Shown here one piece after another: positions 45,961 to 53,583 of a stretch of DNA of 61,457 nt. The stretch is from assembly GCA_963632375.1 (NCBI GenBank), contig CAVGUB010000111.1:81913-143369 (forward strand), given 5' to 3'. The position numbers were made by a program, and so were the translations under genes. Under the pieces are notes generated by a model. It searched no databases, was not told the DNA's origin, and saw only the letters and a list, made by a program, of their open reading frames with translations. The stretch's first letter is position 1. Every line of letters begins with the position of its first letter. This stretch comes from Phocaeicola dorei (GTDB lineage: Bacteria > Bacillota_I > Bacilli_A > RFN20 > CAG-826).

Positions 45961-46195
45961 CAGTGTGAGCTGATATCTCACTGTCAACTATCCGGAGAAT
46001 GCATCAACCAATAAAAGGGTCTCCGTTAACAACTTGGCATAATTTTATTTAAAGGGGTGTGGCTTGCGCTACGCTCCTTATTTTTTTAAGGTGGAGGGGG
46101 AGCGTGCTTCGCTGCAGCTCGCACCGCTCGCCCTGCGGGGCACAAAGACATTTGCCAATATGTAGTGTATAACAATATTATTGCAAAATTTAATT

Positions 46196-46747
46196 ATGGC
46201 ATTGAGTAAATCTGACTCGCCAGTTGTATACACACAGACTGGCGTGACTGCCGTAACAGGCAGTCTTGAGAGCCTAAAGGGCTCTCACGTATCCTTCAAC
46301 GGATACGGTATCGATGTGAACGAGACCGTCACATTCGGTACTATTGAAGAGTACGGTCTCGATGGGAACATTAAGAGAGTTCCAACCTATAACGGTTCAA
46401 GCCGTTATAGCATCTTGGTACGTGTAAATCGTACCAAAAACGGAGTCACTAAAGACTCCTGGTTCAACATGGGCGTTTTATCACGTCAGTTGAACGCTGC
46501 TGATGGCAAATCTCTCCCTGTAGATAAATTCAGGGAAGATATGATTGCAATCGATGACGATTATAATCGATTGATTGCAATCGCGGGGAAAACCATCAAG
46601 GGTGTCGAAACGAAAAAAGCGTTTCGCCCTGTCTTTGAGCGTTCAAAGGACGCTCAAGGCAAACCGGTCTTCACTGTCGTGAAGAACGAGGACGGCTCCC
46701 GTAAAATGGAGCCTGCAGAGTACGTAGTTGTTGATTATGTTAAATAA
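46196..46747 (+). CDS. Hypothetical protein (183 aa)
   Basis: First ATG of track ORF 46181..46747. TAA stop. Confidence 0.6.
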   Translation: MALSKSDSPVVYTQTGVTAVTGSLESLKGSHVSFNGYGIDVNETVTFGTIEEYGLDGNIKRVPTYNGSSRYSILVRVNRTKNGVTKDSWFNMGVLSRQLNAADGKSLPVDKFREDMIAIDDDYNRLIAIAGKTIKGVETKKAFRPVFERSKDAQGKPVFTVVKNEDGSRKMEPAEYVVVDYVK

Positions 46748-46787
46748 TCAACAATTTACTGTACTCGGTGACCACTGAGAGAATTAT

Positions 46788-46837
46788 ATCATATCCAATG
46801 TAGGCAAATTGTTTGTCTGCAATGGATATGATTTTTT
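46788..46837 (+). terminator. Intrinsic terminator (21-bp imperfect hairpin plus T6)
   Basis: ATCATATCCAATGTAGGCAAA ttg TTTGTCTGCAATGGATATGAT TTTTT. Confidence 0.7.
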
Positions 46838-47309
46838 AAATCTCAGAGGTTACTGAACTTTAGAACCTTGTGGTGAATGTTATATCATCATTAGGTTCCA
46901 ATATCTTTAATCCAGAGTGGAGTGATATCCTATCTGGGTTCTAATGCATTCTTGCATTATTTTTATGTTTTTTTTATTTTTTTTGGACATCAAATCATTG
47001 ATCCCAATTCTAGTTACCGTGTTTTGCGCACTTGAGCGGTCGTTAGTTTGGATAAATCAATGGTTTGATATTATGTGTAAACGAAAAGTTAAAGTGCGCC
47101 ATTTACCCTGAGTGAGATATCAGGTAGCATAGAGATACATCTGTGCGAACTTAGGTTCCATGTAACAGTGGAGTTTCGAGCCTAAGAGTACAAGTTCGAA
47201 ACCTTGTACTAAATCCGAAGATGCTGAAGAAGTATCTGAATGTATCAACCCTATAATAGGTGTGTAACTTGCATGCATCTAGACTATTATGGGGTAACTT
47301 CCTTTATAA

Positions 47310-47474
47310 GCAATACCTTTACGTGGTTTGGAAGATAAGTAGACTTATGTCGAAACTAAAATTGCTGAACACAATCAATTTCTTTAGTCATAATTCTGTA
47401 GTTTTTGTGGTTTAAGTAGTTTTTCTTTTTTCCAATTGATTGTGTTTAACTGCACAGCAGTGAATGCTCTGCAG
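47310..47474 (+). ncRNA. Structured RNA candidate, unit 1 of a tandem pair
   Basis: Closing stem GCAAT/ATTGC around ACCTTTACGTGGT...ATAAGTAG...CGAAACTAAA. Then a 13-bp hairpin (47368-80/47434-46), then hairpin CTGCACAGCA gtgaa TGCTCTGCAG. Confidence 0.5.
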
Positions 47475-47487
47475 AATGGCATCGATG

Positions 47488-47599
47488 ATACATACCTTTA
47501 CGTGGTGATGCTATAAGTAGGTTTATCCGAAACTAAATGTATTAGAGTCATGGTAGTCTTAACACCTACAGCAGTGAATGCTCTAGGTGTTTTCTTTTG
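47488..47599 (+). ncRNA. Structured RNA candidate, unit 2, ending in an intrinsic terminator
   Basis: Closing stem ATACA/TGTAT around the same conserved strands. Terminal hairpin CACCTACAGCA gtgaa TGCTCTAGGTG, followed by TTTTCTTTT, 28 nt before ATG 47628. Confidence 0.5.
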
Positions 47600-47627
47600 A
47601 AGTTTAACAAATTAAAACAATATAACA

Positions 47628-48074
47628 ATGAAAGTAAGTGAAGTTACAAAACTAGCGTTTGATTTTGGATCGAAGAAATATCTCATCGAGGAGAACGGAG
47701 ATCTCAAACTCTTAACCCTTCTAAAGAAGGTTGAACCTTCTGCAATTTGTTCAGAGATGCATAAATCTCTGATTGCTCGAATGACTCACTGTCGTGAACA
47801 GATTGAGCAGAAAGAGGTAGTATTTTGTGAACCCGATTTTATTGGGTTCTCAGATGGTACACATTTTTCTGCACATGCATATAATGCAATGGAGTCTTTG
47901 AGTAACATATTATCTTCAGTAAAAGTATCTAATCCCATGAAATTTATTCAACGATTGAATGCTTTTGAACTCATTCAGTTACTAAAGGCTGAATCTGAGT
48001 TTGGTGGCCGTTTAAAAAACGAAGTCATCAATATAATCTCAAATTGTATTGCTTGTAACTACAAAAATGATTAG
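47628..48074 (+). CDS. Hypothetical protein (148 aa)
   Basis: Intact ORF, TAG stop. Confidence 0.6.
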   Translation: MKVSEVTKLAFDFGSKKYLIEENGDLKLLTLLKKVEPSAICSEMHKSLIARMTHCREQIEQKEVVFCEPDFIGFSDGTHFSAHAYNAMESLSNILSSVKVSNPMKFIQRLNAFELIQLLKAESEFGGRLKNEVINIISNCIACNYKND

Positions 48075-48075
48075 T

Positions 48076-48228
48076 ATGATGGTTCGTTTTTTTAGATGGC
48101 TGCTCAAAGTTGAGCATGCCATCTACTGTTTTACAAATTGCAGAATTGAATTGCCGTTTCATAAACAGTACTATAAATACTGTCGTACTAAATATGAAGC
48201 GTATATAACGAATAAAACCACTCGTTAA
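48076..48228 (+). CDS. Small Cys-containing ORF (50 aa)
   Basis: ATGATG start 2 nt after the previous stop. TAA lies inside the terminator hairpin. Confidence 0.3.
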   Translation: MMVRFFRWLLKVEHAIYCFTNCRIELPFHKQYYKYCRTKYEAYITNKTTR

Positions 48229-48238
48229 GAGTGGTTTT
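48214..48238. terminator. Bidirectional hairpin terminator
   Basis: AAAACCACTC gttaa GAGTGGTTTT, between convergent genes. Confidence 0.65.
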
Positions 48239-48401
48239 ATTTTGTTTTATATTAAATGTAATTCTGCATCAACAACTTCACGTTGTACAATTTGTTGTAA
48301 TTTCATATTATTTCATTTTAATAATACAAATATACAATAATTTTTGTACGGCGATGAGTAACAATGAGTTAACAGTTTATCTCTATCTATTATTATTGAC
48401 A

Positions 48402-48926
48402 CTAGTTTTGGATTGGTTCTGATTGAAATGTAACGATTAAATCTTTACGTTTTTTCAAGTCACCTTTTCAAAACATTTCTGGGTTGATAGTATATTCTCC
48501 TCTTAACGTTTTGATTTCACCTGTAGTTTTATCTACAGTTGATTCTGGATATAGTGCATGTACTTCAACCAATTGATTAATTGATTGCGTTAATGTACTT
48601 TTCTTGATATCAAGTTCAGCCATTATATCAACACGTCTTCCAGGTGATAGAGATACTTTACCTGTTTCCCATTCAGCGTATTCTAACAACTTATAAAGTA
48701 TTTTTAATGTTGTTAGGCTTTTAATACCATACATCCAACTAACACAGTTAAGAAATACCATATAAAATTTATCGTCATCATCGACTTTAAAGTTAATTTT
48801 CTTTTCTGTAGTTTGGACACGAGTTCTACCTTGTTCATCAATAACTTTTTGTTCTGATGAATATACTGTGAATTTTTTAGACATTTTTAAACTTTGTTTA
48901 TTTATAGTGATCTTTTGTTTATTCAA
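48402..48926 (-). CDS. Winged-helix DNA-binding protein (Rep/regulator-like)
   Basis: Track ORF 48468..48926. Its TGA (48468-48470) may be Trp, which extends the frame 22 codons to TAG 48402-48404. An iteron array lies upstream of its start. Confidence 0.5.
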
Positions 48927-48977
48927 AAATAAACAAAGTTTACGACTTTAACAAATAAAGTTTAAAAAAAAATAAAC

Positions 48978-49037
48978 AAAGTTAGCTCACAGTAGCCAAA
49001 AGTTAGCTCACAATGGTCGAAAGTTAGCTCACAATGG
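48978..49037. repeat. Three direct repeats at 21-bp period (iteron-like)
   Basis: AAAGTTAGCTCACA(G/A)T(A/G)G at 48978, 48999 and 49020. The AAATAAACAAAGTT motif also recurs, once inverted, around the gene start. Confidence 0.75.
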
Positions 49038-49129
49038 ACATTTTTCTTCGTTAATTATCTAGTATGTAAATACTTAGATAGTTTTCTCTTCTATATATAA
49101 TTAGTTTAATCAAAAAATACAAAACAACA

Positions 49130-49522
49130 ATGAAAACATTTGAACAATTCAAAGCATGGCTGAAAGACATTCACAGGTATGAATTCTTTACAAGCTTCAT
49201 GGAACCAAACGTCGATCCTTGTGATTTTTATCGCCAGTATGGCGAAAAATCAATTCTGGTAGCATCTAAACATGTACCCTGTGAAAAAGATTACTATGAG
49301 TTGAGAAGACTCGACATAATGTTTAGAGGGTTCCTAAACGGATATCCTGTATATGTACTTGATACAAAGAAGACTATAATAGCTAGCCTTTATAAGTCTG
49401 ACGATGTTACAAGTTCGGTTATCCGTGAGTTCAGGAGTTTATACCCAGGTGCGGAATTTGACGAAGATTGTTATGCTGTTTATGCATATAAACAGGAGAA
49501 AATTCTTCGAAAAATTGAGTAA
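49130..49522 (+). CDS. Hypothetical protein (130 aa)
   Basis: Intact ORF, TAA stop. Confidence 0.6.
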   Translation: MKTFEQFKAWLKDIHRYEFFTSFMEPNVDPCDFYRQYGEKSILVASKHVPCEKDYYELRRLDIMFRGFLNGYPVYVLDTKKTIIASLYKSDDVTSSVIREFRSLYPGAEFDEDCYAVYAYKQEKILRKIE

Positions 49523-49525
49523 AAA

Positions 49526-49578
49526 ATGGGGCAAAAACAGGCGTAGACATCACTCTATGCCTGTTTTCCCATTTTTTT
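49526..49578 (+). terminator. Intrinsic terminator
   Basis: ATGGGGCAAAAACAGGC ... GCCTGTTTTCCCAT followed by T7. Confidence 0.65.
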
Positions 49579-49827
49579 AATCTTCCTTTTTTCAAAAAAA
49601 ATATGGAATATTATTCATACCTCATTTTGAAAAACTCCAAACCCTATGGGGTTCGTCGTTTTTCAAATCCAAATGCTGTAAACTTCTACATTAAATACAC
49701 ATTACCGCGTATTTGTGCAGCTAAATATTCATACATATGTTTTTCTTATTCGAAATCTTAATCGGTTTTATTTTGTTTTGTTTGTCTATATTTTTTATAG
49801 TCGCAATATTTATACAATCATTATTTC

Positions 49828-49974
49828 ATGACAAGAAAAATTAAAGTGACTCGTAAAATCAAAGTGATTAACGAGCAAGGAAAAGAAACTTTTATACTTT
49901 CTACTTTTCCATGTAAAGTAAATGCTGCTGTTCCATTTGATCATAATATGGTGAAATATGAAAGGGCATTGTAG
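49828..49974 (+). CDS. Small basic ORF (48 aa)
   Basis: ATG 49828, TAG 49972-49974. Overlaps the next ORF by 17 nt. Confidence 0.3.
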   Translation: MTRKIKVTRKIKVINEQGKETFILSTFPCKVNAAVPFDHNMVKYERAL

Positions 49975-50299
49975 TCTTTATTCTTTTGACTCAGGAAAAC
50001 AATTTCTTGGTTATACTACTTCTTCTGAAGTTATAACCTTTCCTGAGGCTTATCCTATTACTATGGATATTTCAGATGTAAAACCTTCACACTATCCAGA
50101 TCTTGAATTAATCAATCTGGATGAACTTTTTACAACTAAAAGAACTACTGATAAAAGATTGGCTGAAGAACATATCACAACATTCACTGATTTGTACTAT
50201 TCCAATTACCTTATCAAACTTAATCTTCTTAAAAAGCCTGCAAATATCCGCCAACTTGTGTTAAACAAATATGCAGATGTGATGGAATATGAAGATTAA
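49958..50299 (+). CDS. Hypothetical protein (113 aa)
   Basis: Intact ORF. Overlaps the clpP start. Confidence 0.55.
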   Translation: MKGHCSLYSFDSGKQFLGYTTSSEVITFPEAYPITMDISDVKPSHYPDLELINLDELFTTKRTTDKRLAEEHITTFTDLYYSNYLIKLNLLKKPANIRQLVLNKYADVMEYED

Positions 50300-50867
50300 A
50301 GACTATTTAATATCTCCAACAATAATTGAAGAACGCAAACTTAACGTTACTTCAATTAGCGTGTTTGATCGTTTGTTAATGGATCGTATCATCTTTCTTG
50401 GTACAGAAATCGATGACGATGTTGCGAACATCATTCAGGCACAATTACTTTACTTATCCTCTTTGTCTTCTGAGGATATTACTCTTTACATTAACTCTCC
50501 AGGAGGTAGTGTTACTGCTGGTTTAGGTATCTATGATACTATTCAACACATTAAACCAAAAGTAAATACAATTTGTACTGGTTTAGCAGCTTCTATGGCT
50601 GCTGTTCTTCTTTGTTCTGGTAATACTCGTTCTGCATTACCACATTCAAAAATGATGATTCATCAGCCAATGTCTGCAGTTGCAGGTCAAGCATCTGATA
50701 TCATTATTGAAGCTGAAGAAATTAAAAAATGTAAAGATGAACTTGCAAAACTAATAGCACATCATTGTAAACAAGACTTAATCAAAGTTCTTAAAGACAT
50801 AGATCGTGACTTTTGGTTAACTGCAAGTGAAGCTGTTCAATATGGACTCATAGATAAAGTCCTTTAA
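50289..50867 (+). CDS. clpP: ATP-dependent Clp protease proteolytic subunit ClpP
   Basis: RIIFLGTEIDDDVANIIQAQLLYL...LYINSPGGSVTAGLGIYDTIQ...GLAASMAA...MIHQP...WLTASEAVQYGLIDKV aligns along its whole length with cellular ClpP, including the Ser and His catalytic motifs. Confidence 0.9.
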   Translation: MKIKDYLISPTIIEERKLNVTSISVFDRLLMDRIIFLGTEIDDDVANIIQAQLLYLSSLSSEDITLYINSPGGSVTAGLGIYDTIQHIKPKVNTICTGLAASMAAVLLCSGNTRSALPHSKMMIHQPMSAVAGQASDIIIEAEEIKKCKDELAKLIAHHCKQDLIKVLKDIDRDFWLTASEAVQYGLIDKVL

Positions 50868-51162
50868 AACTACAAATCATCCTGTAATGACGGGACAAAA
50901 TAGTGCTTCGTAGCATTGACACAAACCTAGGTGAAAGTTGATGTACTGCATGAATCCAAATATGTTTATTGGCCAAATGATAATAGGATTCGTTCTTTAC
51001 AGTTAAAACATGATAATACTGTACAGATTATATTGTAGTTTGGTGTGGAGAAGGTGATACTTCTCCACATTTCTAATAGAAGGTTTTGTCAGAACCTCCG
51101 TTCTCTATAATACCGATTTTCATTTATTAACGCCTACTTTTTCACGAATAAATCGGTATTTA

Positions 51163-51226
51163 AATATGTTAGTTTAGTGGTAAAACAAACTTTTAGTTTA
51201 CATAGGTTCGATTCCTATACATATTT
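51163..51226 (+). ncRNA. tRNA-like gene with truncated anticodon arm (tRNA pseudogene or mimic)
   Basis: Acceptor AATATGT/ACATATT, D arm GTTT-AGTGGTA-AAAC and T arm ATAGG-TTCGATT-CCTAT are canonical. Only 15 nt lie between the D and T arms, folding as AAACT-TTT-AGTTT (5-bp stem, 3-nt loop). Total length 64 nt. Confidence 0.5.
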
Positions 51227-51244
51227 CTAAAAACAACACAAATT

Positions 51245-51490
51245 ATGGAAATAGTGTTAACAGAAGGTTGTGTAGTTTGGGGTACAACCATCAATGGAAA
51301 AGATATTAAAGATTACTCCAAAGAAGAATTAAAAGATATAATTCTTAACATCTTTAATAAAAAAGATTTCTCTGAATCAGATTACAATGAAATCTTGTCT
51401 GAAATCTTACATATAGCAGGAACATATAATTATTGTTACACCTGTGAAGAATGTGGTGATTCTGTTTGCGAATATAAATTATCAATATAA
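51245..51490 (+). CDS. Hypothetical protein (81 aa) with C-terminal CxxC pairs
   Basis: Intact ORF with CYTCEECGDSVC. Confidence 0.55.
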   Translation: MEIVLTEGCVVWGTTINGKDIKDYSKEELKDIILNIFNKKDFSESDYNEILSEILHIAGTYNYCYTCEECGDSVCEYKLSI

Positions 51491-51966
51491 TGAATATAGC
51501 TTTAGTTGCACATGATGTAAGAAAAAAAGAACTTCTTGAATGGGTCAAATATAATTGGGCTACATTATCAGAACATAATCTATATGCTACCGGTACTACT
51601 GGTAAACTTATATCTGATATTGAAGTTGATTTAGATGACTTAAAAGGAGTTTCTTATCCTTATTGTCCCTTCTTAGGTAAAGTTAATCGTGTATTATCTG
51701 GACCTTTAGGAGGAGATCAACAAATTGGAGCATTAATCGCTGAAGGTGATATTGATGTTCTAATTTTCTTTTGTGATAATCTTGCAGTACAAGGACATCA
51801 AAATGATGTTAGTGCACTATCAAGATTAGCTTCCCTTTATAATATCGCATTTGCTACCAATAGAACAACTGCTGATATGATACTCACATCTCCATTATTT
51901 GATAATCCAAATTATGAGAGAATTATTCCTAAATCTATTGACAACTATAAAAACCGGAAATTATAA
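51490..51966 (+). CDS. mgsA: Methylglyoxal synthase
   Basis: IALVAHD...LYATGTTG...LSGPLGGDQQIGALIAEGDIDVLIFFCD...GHQNDV.AL.RLA..YNIAFATNRTTAD matches E. coli MgsA motif for motif, including the catalytic His/Asp positions. One roughly 20-aa insertion. Confidence 0.85.
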   Translation: MNIALVAHDVRKKELLEWVKYNWATLSEHNLYATGTTGKLISDIEVDLDDLKGVSYPYCPFLGKVNRVLSGPLGGDQQIGALIAEGDIDVLIFFCDNLAVQGHQNDVSALSRLASLYNIAFATNRTTADMILTSPLFDNPNYERIIPKSIDNYKNRKL

Positions 51967-52115
51967 TGACATATAAAGTAACTTTTTCAGAAAAAGGTCA
52001 TAAAATGCAAACCACTTATACTAAAGACAATGCATCTGAACAAGAAATTGTTGATTGGTTTGGTTTAAATGAATCAGATATTGATTGGTATAAAATAGAA
52101 AAATTATGCGAATAA
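51966..52115 (+). CDS. Small ORF (49 aa)
   Basis: ATG overlaps the mgsA TAA as TAATG. TAA at 52113-52115. Confidence 0.35.
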   Translation: MTYKVTFSEKGHKMQTTYTKDNASEQEIVDWFGLNESDIDWYKIEKLCE

Positions 52116-52393
52116 CATTTGATACAATCAACCAAGTTCCTAAAAATGAACAAGGTTTACTTCTTGCACTTTATAAAGATTTAGATGAATTAAATTCTAA
52201 AATTCATAAAAAACTTTATTTTGTTTGGGAAGATACTCATACAGAATTTTCTCCAGAATGGTGTGATCCTTGTCCCGATTATTATCACATGTATATCATT
52301 TACTGTGATAATGAATCTATCGGTTCTTATATGACCATTGAAGAATTAGATTATGCAATGTTACTACTTCATGATTTTGTAGACATAATATAA
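52106..52393 (+). CDS. Hypothetical protein (95 aa)
   Basis: Intact ORF. Confidence 0.55.
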   Translation: MRITFDTINQVPKNEQGLLLALYKDLDELNSKIHKKLYFVWEDTHTEFSPEWCDPCPDYYHMYIIYCDNESIGSYMTIEELDYAMLLLHDFVDII

Positions 52394-52710
52394 TGAGAGA
52401 ATTACATTTTTATTCTAATTTATGTGATATTGATAATGTATCAGAATGGGATTTAGATACAATGTGTACTGATTATGTAACTACGAAAAAAGCCATTGAA
52501 GATTCTTCTGAACGTATTGTTAAAACTACTCAAATGAGTTTTCTTATCAATACTTGGGATTATATTGACTCTGGTTTTGTTGTGTTTTTGCATAATAATT
52601 CTAATTGTTATATAATAAAAGAACACATGCCTGAAATAAGTAAAGATATTACACGTAGTATGAATATCTTAAAGCTTTATTTAGGTAATACATTTGGAGA
52701 AATATGTTAA
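52393..52710 (+). CDS. Hypothetical protein (105 aa)
   Basis: Intact ORF. Start overlaps the previous stop. Confidence 0.55.
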   Translation: MRELHFYSNLCDIDNVSEWDLDTMCTDYVTTKKAIEDSSERIVKTTQMSFLINTWDYIDSGFVVFLHNNSNCYIIKEHMPEISKDITRSMNILKLYLGNTFGEIC

Positions 52711-53213
52711 ATATACCATATTATAATAATCCAATTCCTCTAGAATTATATAATAAATTAACTTTATATGGTTTTTCGTTACAAGAATCTTGTCCAACTT
52801 ATAAACTTGTTTTAGATTGGTTAAATACTAAACAAATTTATATGACATTTTTCTCTTGGTACGTTGACGAAGATTATCAATGGATTTATAAAATAGTATA
52901 TTTTGTTAAAAACAATCCAAATCTTCATGTAGAAACGGGAATTGGTACAACATTTGCAAATACATTTGAACAATGTATTGATTACTTAATAAACTTAAAT
53001 ATTATAACAATGTTAAAAGAATATTTAGTTAATGTTACATATATAACCGTAATTCCAGTTAAAGTTACGGCTAGTAATGATGAAGATGCTGAGGATATGG
53101 CTGTATCTAAAGCAGAAAACATCAATTCACTAGAAAATGTATCAATGTATTTTGATAGTACAGAAATAATGAAAATTACACCTTTGGATAAAATTGATTT
53201 TGAAGGTGAATAA
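52704..53213 (+). CDS. Hypothetical protein (169 aa)
   Basis: Intact ORF. Confidence 0.55.
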   Translation: MLNIPYYNNPIPLELYNKLTLYGFSLQESCPTYKLVLDWLNTKQIYMTFFSWYVDEDYQWIYKIVYFVKNNPNLHVETGIGTTFANTFEQCIDYLINLNIITMLKEYLVNVTYITVIPVKVTASNDEDAEDMAVSKAENINSLENVSMYFDSTEIMKITPLDKIDFEGE

Positions 53214-53282
53214 TATATCGCAGTGATGCGTTGTTCATAATTGTTTGATTTGTTTGCGAGAAGTGTTTAGCACTTCTCTGAT

Positions 53283-53366
53283 AGCTCTATGTCGAAATAG
53301 GTAGCCGAGTCAGATTTAGGATCTGATGTTTGTAAAAACGTAAGGGTTCGATTCCCTTTAGAGCTA
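53283..53366 (+). tRNA. tRNA-Leu (anticodon TAG), class II
   Basis: Acceptor AGCTCTA/TAGAGCT. Anticodon arm TCAGA-TTTAGGA-TCTGA with anticodon at 53317-53319. Long variable arm (GTTT-GTAA-AAAC). T arm AAGGG-TTCGATT-CCCTT. Discriminator A. Confidence 0.85.
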
Positions 53367-53393
53367 CAAGAGTTTTTATATACTCATTTTTTA

Positions 53394-53559
53394 GGGTTAC
53401 TTCAGCATAAAATTTTTATTAATGTATATTTTTATTAATTTTTAACGTTACGTAACCCGATTATTTTTGGAATAGTTTCAGCATGTTTATTTTTGTATTC
53501 TTACATAAACATAGAGGGGGCTGCCCTATTCCGTATCAAAGTCCCCTCTATGTTTTTTT
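53394..53559 (+). ncRNA. Structured RNA candidate between tRNA-Leu and the DUF2828 gene
   Basis: Stem GGGTTAC (53394-400)/GTAACCC (53452-58). GGAATAG (53469-75) is complementary to CTATTCC (53526-32), which sits inside the loop of the 11-bp terminator hairpin ACATAGAGGGG/CCCCTCTATGT (53509-53553) plus T7. TTCAGCAT is repeated. Confidence 0.35.
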
Positions 53560-53583
53560 GATAATTAAAAAAATTAAAAAAAT

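Noticed and set aside
50868-51162. Additional tRNA or suppressor tRNA in the ClpP-downstream spacer
   Set aside because: It contains hairpins (for example GTGGAGAAG gtgata CTTCTCCAC) but no T-loop or acceptor pairing that I could fold into a tRNA.
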